A stretch of 32,000 nucleotides of DNA from Methanothermobacter thermautotrophicus str. Delta H (GCF_000008645.1 NC_000916.1:1290001-1322000), one strand, 5' to 3'. Counted from the first letter of the stretch, positions 1 to 10,075 are shown. Numbers and translations: made by a program. The notes: a model not told the origin generated them from the sequence alone.

Positions 1-418
1 AACCCATTGTTCCGCGCTCCTCAGTACCTATACGTCCCTTCACCACGCCTAAAAAAACCTCGGGTTCGGAGTTGGGGGTGCAGAACCCAACAGCCGACCT
101 GAACTCGGCGTAGCGATCTTCAACATTTTCCATGAGCTTTAATATGCCACGGTTTCCTATGGTATCCTGTACATAGGCAGAATAGGGTCCTGGAAACCAT
201 TTAAGAGCCCTTATAAACAGTCCTGCGTCCTCAACGATCACAGGACCATCCATGATCCTGGCAGCATGTTCTGCACCGTAACGGGCCACCTCCTCAAGTG
301 TTCCCTGAAGTTCCGGGTAGCCCAGATCAGCATGCATCAGTTCTATTCCAGTACCATGGAATATCTTCTCTGCCTCAGATAACTTGTGTTTATTACCGGT
401 TATAAATGTTACCTTCAT
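1..418 (-). CDS. non-canonical purine NTP pyrophosphatase (Ham1/RdgB/ITPase family); 3' part lies beyond the window start
   Basis: Absent from the ORF track because it has no stop in the window. Reverse-strand ATG at 418..416 opens [88 protein letters not shown]... This shows the ITGNxxK, EDxGL and FPGPYS motifs typical of Ham1-family proteins. Confidence 0.8.
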   Translation of the reverse strand, partial: MKVTFITGNKHKLSEAEKIFHGTGIELMHADLGYPELQGTLEEVARYGAEHAARIMDGPVIVEDAGLFIRALKWFPGPYSAYVQDTIGNRGILKLMENVEDRYAEFRSAVGFCTPNSEPEVFLGVVKGRIGTEERGTMG

Positions 419-480
419 GATGAACCTCCTCAGTCAGTATATTCAGGGGGTTTAGTATCGTGTGGATATTAATTCTGAGC

Positions 481-2085
<1,605 letters not shown>

Positions 2086-2173
2086 TTAATTAACCACCTG
2101 TGACCCTGCTCCTTCTGGAGTGTAACTAATTTATGTATCTCCGGTTATAACTATTGTATCGTTGGAAAGGTGA

Positions 2174-3253
2174 ATGGAAATGTTTGATGGACTGAAGATC
2201 TATGGTTCCGGCAATTACCTTGAAGGTGTTACTGACAGGGATTCCCTGTTCATCTGCGCCGTTGCAACAACCGAGACATCAAGAATCCCGGGAATAACAG
2301 GGGCAGGAGCAAGCCCCGAACTCACAGAGTACACTCCAGCAGCTGATGTTGAACTCATAGTTCATGATGCCCCCAGGTGTCTTCCTGAGATACCCCAGAC
2401 CATCGTGGAGGGGGAGGCAGCCCCCACACCGGCTGTGATAACCAAGGCGGCCCTGGAACTTGCAGAGGTCCCCTTCATGGTCGCCGATGCAGGCGCCTCG
2501 GTTAAACCCGATGTTCCCTATATAAACATTAACTCCGAACCCGGAGGTGATATAAGGACAGGGAGGGCGGTCACCGAACCTCAAAGGATATATGAGAGGG
2601 GTTTGATGGTTGGAAGGACCCTCTCCTCCCTCACAGAGCATCTGGTGGTGGGTGAGAGCACACCGGCAGGTACAACAACTGCCCTGGGCGTTTTAACGGC
2701 CCTGGGATATGATGCTGATTTCAGGGTCAGCGCCAGCATGCCCCACAACCCACATGACCTCAAGAGGGAGGTTGTGATGGCAGGACTCAGTAATGCAGGG
2801 ATCGAGAAGGGGGACTGCTCCAGGGAACCCTTCAGGGCAGTGGAGGCAGTGGGGGACCCCATGATACCTGCGGTTGCAGGGATATGCATGGGCAGCACTG
2901 TACCGGTGACCCTTGCAGGTGGTACCCAGATGACAGCGGTCTGCGCCCTTATGAGGGCCATTGACCCGGACTTCGACTTTTCAGATACAGCAATTGCAAC
3001 GACCATATTCGTTGCCGAGGACAGCACCTCCGATATAAACAGGATAGCAGAGCAGATAGGTGATATTGACATCTATGTGGTTGACCCTGACTTCGGGTCT
3101 GCCTCGCACAGGGGGCTCCATGAGTACCTCAACGGTTCTGTGAAGGAGGGTGTTGGGGCCGGCGGCGCCATGCTACTGGCACTTCTCCATGGCATACCCG
3201 TTGAAATGGTGAGGGAGCGTATCGAGGAACTCTGCAATACAATACTGGCCTGA
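2174..3253 (+). CDS. CobT-like phosphoribosyltransferase homologue (UPF0284 family)
   Basis: 359-aa ORF containing GESTPAGTTTALG, a CobT/DMB-PRT-like glycine-rich motif. The family assignment is from memory. The second ATG at 2180 has better spacing to the AGGTGA RBS at 2168-2173 and may be the true start. Confidence 0.7.
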   Translation: MEMFDGLKIYGSGNYLEGVTDRDSLFICAVATTETSRIPGITGAGASPELTEYTPAADVELIVHDAPRCLPEIPQTIVEGEAAPTPAVITKAALELAEVPFMVADAGASVKPDVPYININSEPGGDIRTGRAVTEPQRIYERGLMVGRTLSSLTEHLVVGESTPAGTTTALGVLTALGYDADFRVSASMPHNPHDLKREVVMAGLSNAGIEKGDCSREPFRAVEAVGDPMIPAVAGICMGSTVPVTLAGGTQMTAVCALMRAIDPDFDFSDTAIATTIFVAEDSTSDINRIAEQIGDIDIYVVDPDFGSASHRGLHEYLNGSVKEGVGAGGAMLLALLHGIPVEMVRERIEELCNTILA

Positions 3254-3275
3254 AATCCTTTAATGGAGGTTCCAG

Positions 3276-3917
3276 ATGACTTCAGGGTCCCGCTGGGATG
3301 GCATCATCCCACACCCTGGAATTCTTGCCTTTGCAATGGCACTCTACCTTCTTGGCTTTGTACTGGATGCCTCGGGAAGACCACTGGCCTATGGGTTCCT
3401 CACAGGGGACATGGTGGTCCACTTCTTCACGTTCCCTGGTCTCAGGGAGCAGTTCATCGATTACCTGTTAGCAACTGCCTTCTGGATATTCATATCAAAC
3501 ATAACCCAGGTTACAGTCTTCATCTTCTCCCTGGCAACATTTTATCCTGTTCTTAAGATTTTCGTCCTTGCAGGGGCCCTCTTACATAACCTTCTGGTGG
3601 GGTGGGGTGTCAGGGGGCTCCTGATCTATGCGGGGACACTGCACCTGCACCTTGAGGTCACAGGGTGCCTACTTTCACTTCAGGCAGCCCTTGTATTTGT
3701 GAGGTCCCTCCTTGGGACCATCCAGCACAGGTCCAGAGGACCTCTCGTCACAGCCCTCAGGGAGAACCTTGCATACCTTATCCCACTTATAATACTTTTA
3801 TTCGCCATTGCAGCAATTCTGGAGGTCTTCTGGAGCACCTGGTGGGTTTATAACCTCACCCATGGACCGGTATCATGGAGATACTTCTATACCCATGTAT
3901 TCTCTGTGGAACTCTGA
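3276..3917 (+). CDS. polytopic integral membrane protein, function unknown (possibly DUF95/SpoIIM-like)
   Basis: 213-aa ORF with about 5-6 hydrophobic segments. GGAGGT RBS at 3265-3270. Codon usage is consistent with neighbouring genes. The family guess is weak. Confidence 0.6.
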   Translation: MTSGSRWDGIIPHPGILAFAMALYLLGFVLDASGRPLAYGFLTGDMVVHFFTFPGLREQFIDYLLATAFWIFISNITQVTVFIFSLATFYPVLKIFVLAGALLHNLLVGWGVRGLLIYAGTLHLHLEVTGCLLSLQAALVFVRSLLGTIQHRSRGPLVTALRENLAYLIPLIILLFAIAAILEVFWSTWWVYNLTHGPVSWRYFYTHVFSVEL

Positions 3918-4029
3918 TTTTTAATCGATTCAGGAGCTCTGGTATCTGAAACCCTTTAACCTTTATGCATCTGCTTTAACAAAACGAAGAGCTTTGAATA
4001 AAAAAGGTGGTGCGGATACAGCTTCACCA

Positions 4030-4859
4030 TTAGATGAGGGCGGCTGCAAGGATCATGATACCCAGTGCCCAGCAGTAGTAGGCGAATATGTAGAGGTCCC
4101 TCTCCTTTATGAGTTTAAGGAGGAACTTTATGGCTATGTAACCTGACACAGCCGCTGCAGCAAACCCTGCAACCATGCTGGCACCGAGGAGGTTCATTCC
4201 GGCCCCAATGTCCTTGATCTGGATGAGGGCGGCCCCCAGTATCGCGGGTATGGAGAGGAGGAAGCTGTACCTTGCTGCAAGTTCCCTCTCAAAGCCGAGA
4301 AACAGGCCCGCAGAGATTGTTGCACCTGAACGTGATATGCCGGGTGCTATGGCAAGGGCCTGGGCACACCCTATTATGAGTGACTCCCTGACACCGAGTT
4401 TTTCAACTGGAAGCTTCTCCCTCACACGCCTGCTGATATTCTCTGATCCCCACAGCAAAAAGCCTGTGACCAGCAGGAAGAATCCCACGGCGGTTAAACT
4501 GCTGAAAAGTGACTCAAAGAAGTCCTTGAACAGTACACCAGCAAGGCCGGCCGGCACAGTACCGATGATCACCATCCAGGCAAGCCTCTTGAAGGGGTCC
4601 TCAATGATTCCCCTCCTGAATCTACCTGCGGGATGTCCCTCAGACTTGAGAGGAAAGCCCCCAGCATGTGAACTATATCGTTCCAGAAGTATCCAATGAC
4701 AGCCACCAGTGTGCCCACATGCAGCACGGTGTCGAATGCGAGGCTGGAGCTGACACCCATAAGTTCCGGCACCAGCACCAGGTGGCCTGAGCTGCTTACT
4801 GGCAGGAATTCGGTCAAACCCTGCACTGTTCCAATGACTATGGCCTGAAAAACGTCCAT
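4030..4859 (-). pseudogene. uppP: undecaprenyl-diphosphatase (UppP/BacA), reading frame broken by an apparent 1-nt frameshift between 4572 and 4638
   Basis: Two adjacent ORFs together make one UppP. The N-terminal piece is [29 protein letters not shown]...[15 protein letters not shown] (frame ends at TGA 4569-4571). The C-terminal piece is ...[31 protein letters not shown]...GISRSGATI... (frame open from 4638 down to 4030). Start is ATG at 4859 (or 4865). Confidence 0.85.
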
Positions 4860-4861
4860 GA

Positions 4862-4903
4862 ACATCACTTTTAACTTATAAGTTATCACTTATAACCTCA
4901 TCA
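4862..4903. repeat. array of 7-bp units ACATCAC TTTTAAC TTATAAG TTATCAC TTATAAC CTCATCA, the same unit as the array upstream of parA
   Basis: Read directly from the sequence. It fills almost the whole 44-nt gap between the ilvE stop (4904) and the uppP ATG (4859). The 18-mer TAACTTATAAGTTATCAC at 4872-4889 matches TAACTTATAACTTATCAC at 27957-27974 at 17 of 18 positions. Confidence 0.6.
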
Positions 4904-5824
4904 TCAGATGTAGGTGAGCCATCCGAAGCTGTCCTCTGTCTCTGCCCTGATTATCCTGAAGAACTCATCCTGCAGCAGCTTTGTAACGGGACCCCTTCGC
5001 CCGGCACCTATCTCTATACCATCAACTGATCTGATGGGTGTTATCTCTGCGGCTGTACCTGTGAAGAAGGCCTCATCTGCGATGTAGAGCATCTCCCTGG
5101 TTATGGGTTCCTCATGCACGGTAACACCCTCGGTCCTGGCTATCTTTATTACGGAGTCCCTTGTTATCCCCCTCAGAAGGGATGATGAAACAGGGGGGGT
5201 GTAAATTTCACCCTCACTGACGAGGAATATGTTCTCCCCGCTACCCTCACTTATGTAGCCATGGTAGTCCAGCATTATGGCCTCATCATAGCCGTGTCTC
5301 ACAGCCTCCATCTTGGCAAGCTGTGAGTTGAGGTAGTTACCGCCGGCCTTTGCCATGTTGGGCATTGTGTTTGGTGCCATCCTCCGCCAGGTTGAAACAC
5401 CAGCATCGACACCAACCTCAAGGGCCTCTGCACCCAGATAGGCCCCCCATTCCCAGGCAGCCACAGCGACGTCCACTGGGCAGTTCACCGGGTGAACACC
5501 CATCTCACCGTATCCCCTGAATACCACGGGTCTTATATAGCACTCCTCAAGTCCGTTCTCCCTGACGGTCTCAACTATGGCATCACATATCTGCTCCTGG
5601 GTGTAGGGTATGTCCATCCGGTATATCTTTGCAGAATCAAAAAGGCGTTTAACATGCTCCCGCAAACGGAAGATGGCTGACCCCTTACTGTTCCTGTAGC
5701 ACCTTATTCCCTCAAAGACAGATGATCCATAATGCACAACATGTGAGAGTACGTGGACGGTGGCTTCTTCCCATTCAACCATTTCACCGTTTAACCATAT
5801 CTTTCCACTGGCTTCGCATGACAT
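4904..5824 (-). CDS. ilvE: branched-chain amino acid aminotransferase (class IV PLP enzyme)
   Basis: The ORF track gives 4904..5896. I place the start at ATG 5824 ([21 protein letters not shown]...), preceded by a TGAGGT RBS, because the 5' extension runs through promoter-like repeats. Motifs include FEGIRCY, GGNYLNS and EGSGENIF. Confidence 0.92.
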
Positions 5825-5855
5825 GATAATAACCTCAGGTGATTTACTAGGATAG

Positions 5856-5959
5856 GTTATGGTTGGAGGCCTATATAATGCTCTCCATAACCGCAAAACT
5901 TTAGTGGGGTATGTTATGGTCGGAGGTTTATATCAATGCTCCCAAACCGGAAAACTTTA
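5856..5959. repeat. imperfect tandem duplication (about 48 nt, period 57) of a promoter-like segment
   Basis: GTTATGGTTGGAGGCCTATATAATGCTCTCCATAACCGCAAAACTTTA (5856-5903) against GTTATGGTCGGAGGTTTATATCAATGCTCCCAAACCGGAAAACTTTA (5913-5959). Each copy carries TATA-like elements. Confidence 0.7.
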
Positions 5960-5963
5960 TATA
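5956..5963 (+). promoter_or_regulatory. archaeal TATA box (TTTATATA) with an A-rich BRE-like flank, serving the tRNA-Val pair
   Basis: GGAAAACTTTATATATTG ends about 26 nt upstream of the first tRNA nucleotide (5989). This is the spacing expected for an archaeal TATA box relative to its transcription start. Confidence 0.65.
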
Positions 5964-5987
5964 TTGTGAAAATTTAAAGTCACACTG

Positions 5988-6060
<73 letters not shown>

Positions 6061-6084
6061 TTTATTATTCTTCGGGCTTCAGAG

Positions 6085-6156
<72 letters not shown>

Positions 6157-6373
6157 CTGGATTTTCATTTTTTCAGAGGCACACGCCACTCTCAAACTTA
6201 TTTAATGCATTCAGTGCTCACAGGAATATGGCCTGGAGGCAGCACTATTAAGGCACTGCCAGGGACCGGTGCTTTTGATTATTCACCACCAATATATATT
6301 ATCAATGAAAGATAAATAACAAACAGTACATTGGAATTTATTTTTCCGATGTTAGAATTTGGGGGGGTGAAAA

Positions 6374-6994
6374 ATGTACAGATTTCTTTTGGTTGCCATG
6401 ATTTTCCTTGCCATGGGAGCTGCAGCTGCCCAGGAAACTGATGACAACTTACAGGTAAATTCGGATCTTGCAGTGGACGCAGAATACCTTGATCTTGATG
6501 AAAACATTATAACCACTGCCAGCGTTGGCGATGAGGTCTTTGAGGGAGTTGCAGTCACAAACCTCGGCCCTGGAAATGCAACCGGGGTGAAGGTCGATAT
6601 AACAAGGAGCAGTCAGTATCCCTTTGAGTACCTTGAACATGAGGTTTCATGGGACAATGGGGCAAACTGGATCTACAATGATCCATCCTACGACCCATTG
6701 ACCAGCAGGTGGACCATCGGGAACCTACCTGTGGGCGCGGTCTACAAACTTGTTGTGCACCAGAGGGCCACGGCGTCCGGGTCCGCACAGTTCACAGCAA
6801 CAATCTCAGGAGATCAGCCAGACCTCAATACCACAAACAATAATGATACTGCAACAATCATAATAAAGGAATCTCAGGAAGTTCCAGCAGCTGGAGCAGG
6901 AATGGTCCCAATGCAGGAGACAGGCGCAGCAGCAGGTTTACTTGTGGCTGGAATAGGCATACTTGGAGCAGGAATGGTTATCTCAAGAAGATAA
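6374..6994 (+). CDS. secreted/cell-surface DUF11 (conserved repeat domain) protein with a C-terminal sorting-signal-like anchor
   Basis: Signal peptide MYRFLLVAMIFLAMGAAAA/QE. DUF11-like core (GDEVFEGVAVTNLGPGNATGVKVD...WTIGNLPVGAVYKLVV...DLNTTNNNDTATIII). C-terminus PMQETG, then a 19-aa hydrophobic stretch, then SRR. RBS GGGGTGA. Confidence 0.8.
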   Translation: MYRFLLVAMIFLAMGAAAAQETDDNLQVNSDLAVDAEYLDLDENIITTASVGDEVFEGVAVTNLGPGNATGVKVDITRSSQYPFEYLEHEVSWDNGANWIYNDPSYDPLTSRWTIGNLPVGAVYKLVVHQRATASGSAQFTATISGDQPDLNTTNNNDTATIIIKESQEVPAAGAGMVPMQETGAAAGLLVAGIGILGAGMVISRR

Positions 6995-7002
6995 CCCAAA
7001 AA

Positions 7003-7013
7003 TTTATTTTTTT
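7003..7013 (+). terminator. oligo-T tract (TTTATTTTTTT) downstream of the DUF11 gene
   Basis: Archaeal termination typically occurs at T runs of 5 or more. A second T7 run sits at 7058-7064. Confidence 0.5.
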
Positions 7014-7075
7014 GATTCAAGGTTGCTTTGCCATTGCACATATACTGCAGATACCTGTTTTTTTGGTGACGGGAA

Positions 7076-7840
7076 TCAGATCAGTATCAGGATGACCAGG
7101 AGAAGGAGTGAACTGAAAAATACTATCGTACCCTTTATCATTATAACGGCACCGTCCTCCTCCACGAGGTAGGGTATACCATAGGATAGGGCTGCTGCGA
7201 TCATCAGCTTCAAAACACCGGTGAGGCTCGTTCCGAGACCAGCCGCAAGCTGCAGAAGGGTCGCAATGATGAATGACACAGCAACAACTGTCAGGATAAG
7301 TATTATGGTGTTCTGCATCAGACCCCTTATAACTGGAGCCAGAGGTTTGCGGCTCTCCCTTCTTGATAGAACCCCCCTCTGGGGTGCAGTGTGGAATATG
7401 TTTGATGGGGGAGTGTAGACCTCAACCTCCTCCTCATCAGGGTACTCCTCATCCTCATCTTCAGGGACCTGGATTTTCTTTGAGAAGTCCTCTGCAATCC
7501 GTATAAGGCCCTTCCTATCTATGAGCTTCATGTTTCTCTTCACAGCATAATTTCTTGCCTGGGATGAGAAATCAGATGTCGTTACAATTACGACCTTGGA
7601 TGCCTTGAGGGTCTTTGCAGCCATTTCCATTTCCTTCAGAACATCCATTCCAACCTTCCAGTTTTCATCATAATTCTTACAGGCAACAACGACCCCGATG
7701 TCCCCGAGGGCGGTTGGAAGAATTCCGTAGATATCCACTATATGCTGGGAGGTCCTGAAGTCCTTGTAAACCTTAAAACCAGAATCCTCCATGACCTTGG
7801 CAATAAAATCCACCAGTTTCTGTTTCTTCAATTCTTCCAC
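7076..7840 (-). CDS. membrane-anchored protein with an N-terminal Mrr-like restriction-endonuclease-fold (PD-(D/E)xK) domain
   Basis: The first ~120 aa fit the Mrr_cat pattern (HIVDIYG...VVVACK...VVIVTTSDFSSQARNYAVKRNMKLIDRKGL). An acidic linker follows (PEDEDEEYPDEEEVEV), then about 3 predicted TM helices. The track start is GTG at 7840; TTG at 7831 behind AGGTGG is an alternative. Confidence 0.7.
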   Translation of the reverse strand: MEELKKQKLVDFIAKVMEDSGFKVYKDFRTSQHIVDIYGILPTALGDIGVVVACKNYDENWKVGMDVLKEMEMAAKTLKASKVVIVTTSDFSSQARNYAVKRNMKLIDRKGLIRIAEDFSKKIQVPEDEDEEYPDEEEVEVYTPPSNIFHTAPQRGVLSRRESRKPLAPVIRGLMQNTIILILTVVAVSFIIATLLQLAAGLGTSLTGVLKLMIAAALSYGIPYLVEEDGAVIMIKGTIVFFSSLLLLVILILI

Positions 7841-8050
7841 CTGCCGGGGTTAGACTTAATAGAGCTATGTTATAAGATATACTTAAAATTTGATATAAAG
7901 ACTATAAAAAGATAGAGATGATTATTGATGAAGATCAACCATCAGTTTTTTGGATCCATAGAAGAAGATAAGGGCGAGGATTAACATAATTGAGCATAAG
8001 ATAATGATGATTGGTATCAGTTTAGTTCAAATGGAGGAAGATGATCAGCA

Positions 8051-8826
8051 ATGAAGATTCTTATAACAAATGATGATGGAGTTAACTCTTCAGGCATCAT
8101 TGCAGCAAGAAGGGCCGTTGAGGACCTTGGGGAGACAATCATAGTGGCCCCCGCCACGCAGCAGAGCGGGATAGGTCATGCGCTGACACTCTTTGAACCT
8201 GTGAGGGTAAGTGAGGTCACCCTCAGGGATGGCTCAGGGGCCTATGCTGTTTCGGGGACACACACTGACGCTGTTATCATAGGGATATTCGAGCTTATGG
8301 ATGAAAAGCCCGACCTCGTGATATCAGGGATAAATATGGGTGAGAACCTTGGTAAATCAGAACTGACAACATCAGGGACAATAGGGGCGGCAATGGAGGC
8401 TGCAGTGCATGGGGTGCCATCCCTGGCAGTTTCTCTCCAGGTGAGACGGGGTGATATCAAGTTCCATGACGGACATGTTGACGTTGACTTTTCACTGGCA
8501 GCTGAACTCACAGGGAGGGTTGCATCGAGGATACTCAGGAGGGGACTCCCGGAGGGTGTTGACTTCCTGAATCTGAATGTCCCATCTCATCCAGCAAGCG
8601 ATGAGATAAGGATCACGAGGCTGGGGGACCGGATGTACAATGTTCACATAAAGAAAAGGCTGGATCCCCGTGGACGCCCATACTACTGGATAGATGGTGA
8701 CCCTGCAGGTACAGACTTCCGGGTACAGATGTCCACACACTTAAGGCTGAAAACACCGCCACCCTCACCCCCATATCACTCGACTGCACAGCAGGCCCTG
8801 ACTCAATGGAGGGCTGGCTTGATTAG
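8051..8826 (+). pseudogene. surE: 5'/3'-nucleotidase SurE, reading frame broken near 8701-8724
   Basis: The N-terminal 222 aa are typical SurE (MKILITNDDGVNSSGI...SGINMGENLG...TSGTIGAAMEA). After ...YWIDGDPAGTDFR the track frame runs into non-SurE sequence ending at 8839. The conserved SurE C-terminus GTDVHTLKAENTATLTPISLDCTAGPDSMEGWLD* is in the -1 frame (8722..8826). Confidence 0.85.
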
Positions 8827-8992
8827 AGCCCGGAACTGATTTTTAAAAATTTTTTATCCACAGCCATCCAGGTCTCAACGTGACCTGTTTATCCCTGTGA
8901 ATCTGGTGGAGATCTGGGTCTAAATCCGGAAAAATTTCTTTTAAGAGGCATACCCATCCATTATAAAGAGAGAACTTAAAGGTGATAACAGG

Positions 8993-9307
8993 ATGGGATA
9001 CAGTATTTTACCGGCAATACCCGTCACGGGACTTTATATGGTCACCTATTTACTCTACAGGACGGGTTTTATAGGCAGGGCCCTTCATGTGAACCTCTGG
9101 AATCTCGTAATACTGCTGGCATTTATCATATCCGGAATTGGGGGCTTCGTCCTCATGCTGCTTACTGAAGCCGGTGTGAAATTTTACCTCAACCCGCAGC
9201 TGCTCTACTGGCACGTGGAGGCCGGGATTGCGCTCATACCCCTCACAGTTTTCCACTTTCACTGCTACAGGGGGAGTTTGAGGAGAATAGTTGGGGTGGG
9301 AAAATGA
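8993..9307 (+). CDS. small 3-TM membrane protein with conserved His residues (YWH, HxH); paralogous to the C-terminal half of the next gene
   Basis: 104-aa ORF with GGTGAT RBS. It aligns end to end with residues ~118-224 of the 9304..9978 product (LWN, G..G, LNP..YWH.E, H.H.Y conserved). Confidence 0.7.
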   Translation: MGYSILPAIPVTGLYMVTYLLYRTGFIGRALHVNLWNLVILLAFIISGIGGFVLMLLTEAGVKFYLNPQLLYWHVEAGIALIPLTVFHFHCYRGSLRRIVGVGK

Positions 9308-9978
9308 GAATCAGGAGAATTTTAAGGACTCTAACCGGTGTATTGCCCTTCGCAGGTATCATGGCGGCTGGCGTAGCATGTGGTGCTTCCTGTCCCTATG
9401 GACTTGTGAATGACCCCTACCCCGGACAGTGCCCCAGGTTCACGGATCTTAACGGAGACGGGATATGTGACCTTTCACAGTCAACCACAGACTACAGCAC
9501 CTCTGATGATACATCCCGGGACAGCTCTAATGATCAGAGCACCTCAGATGATTCCACGGCGACTTCAGACGATTCAGGTCACAGTGGAGGGGTTGATGCT
9601 CCAGATGAAACACTGCAGCATCCCTCAGTGGAGGAACCCACCACAGATTATCATCTCATACCCCTGAGCCTCATCCTGATCGCGGCTTATATGATCACAC
9701 TCTACCTGATGGGGAGGGGCCTTATCAGGGGATCAGTGCACAGGAGGATCTGGAATATAATCCTGACAGCTGGCTATGCAGGGACTGGAGTCACAGGGGT
9801 TCTCCTCCTCCTCTTCATACGCCTCGGCATAAAAACGGCTCTTAACCCATCGGTTACCTACTGGCACGCCGAACTGGCAATCCTCATGGTCATAGGAACA
9901 TTAATCCACATACACATATACTGGAAGCAATTCAGGGGGATTTTCAGGCACATCAAAAATCAGATATCATCCCCTTAA
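9304..9978 (+). CDS. membrane protein: signal/anchor, Cys-rich motif with DxNxDGxxD loop, Ser/Thr/Asp-rich linker, C-terminal His-rich 3-TM module
   Basis: 224-aa ORF whose ATG overlaps the upstream stop (ATGA at 9304-9307). N-terminus ...AAGVACGASCPYGLVNDPYPGQCPRFTDLNGDGICD. Low-complexity STTDYSTSDDTSRDSSNDQSTSDDSTATSDDSGHSGG. C-terminal module paralogous to the 104-aa protein. Confidence 0.7.
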   Translation: MRIRRILRTLTGVLPFAGIMAAGVACGASCPYGLVNDPYPGQCPRFTDLNGDGICDLSQSTTDYSTSDDTSRDSSNDQSTSDDSTATSDDSGHSGGVDAPDETLQHPSVEEPTTDYHLIPLSLILIAAYMITLYLMGRGLIRGSVHRRIWNIILTAGYAGTGVTGVLLLLFIRLGIKTALNPSVTYWHAELAILMVIGTLIHIHIYWKQFRGIFRHIKNQISSP

Positions 9979-10075
9979 AACATGAATTCCTCTCTGGCAG
10001 CTGCAATTTCGCGGTCGAGATCGGATTCCAGGCGGAGATCAACAGTCTGCACTCAGAAAGCCAGTTGATAATCAG

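Noticed and set aside
5825-5896. 5' extensions of track ORFs: ilvE to 5896, purD from 15591, argF from 16924, ilvC to 13218, ilvN to 13851, MgtC-like from 21668, mini-ParB from 28762
   Set aside because: The extensions run through promoters or repeats, or into the neighbouring gene. They start at GTG/TTG without an RBS, while an internal ATG with a good RBS coincides with the conserved N-terminus.
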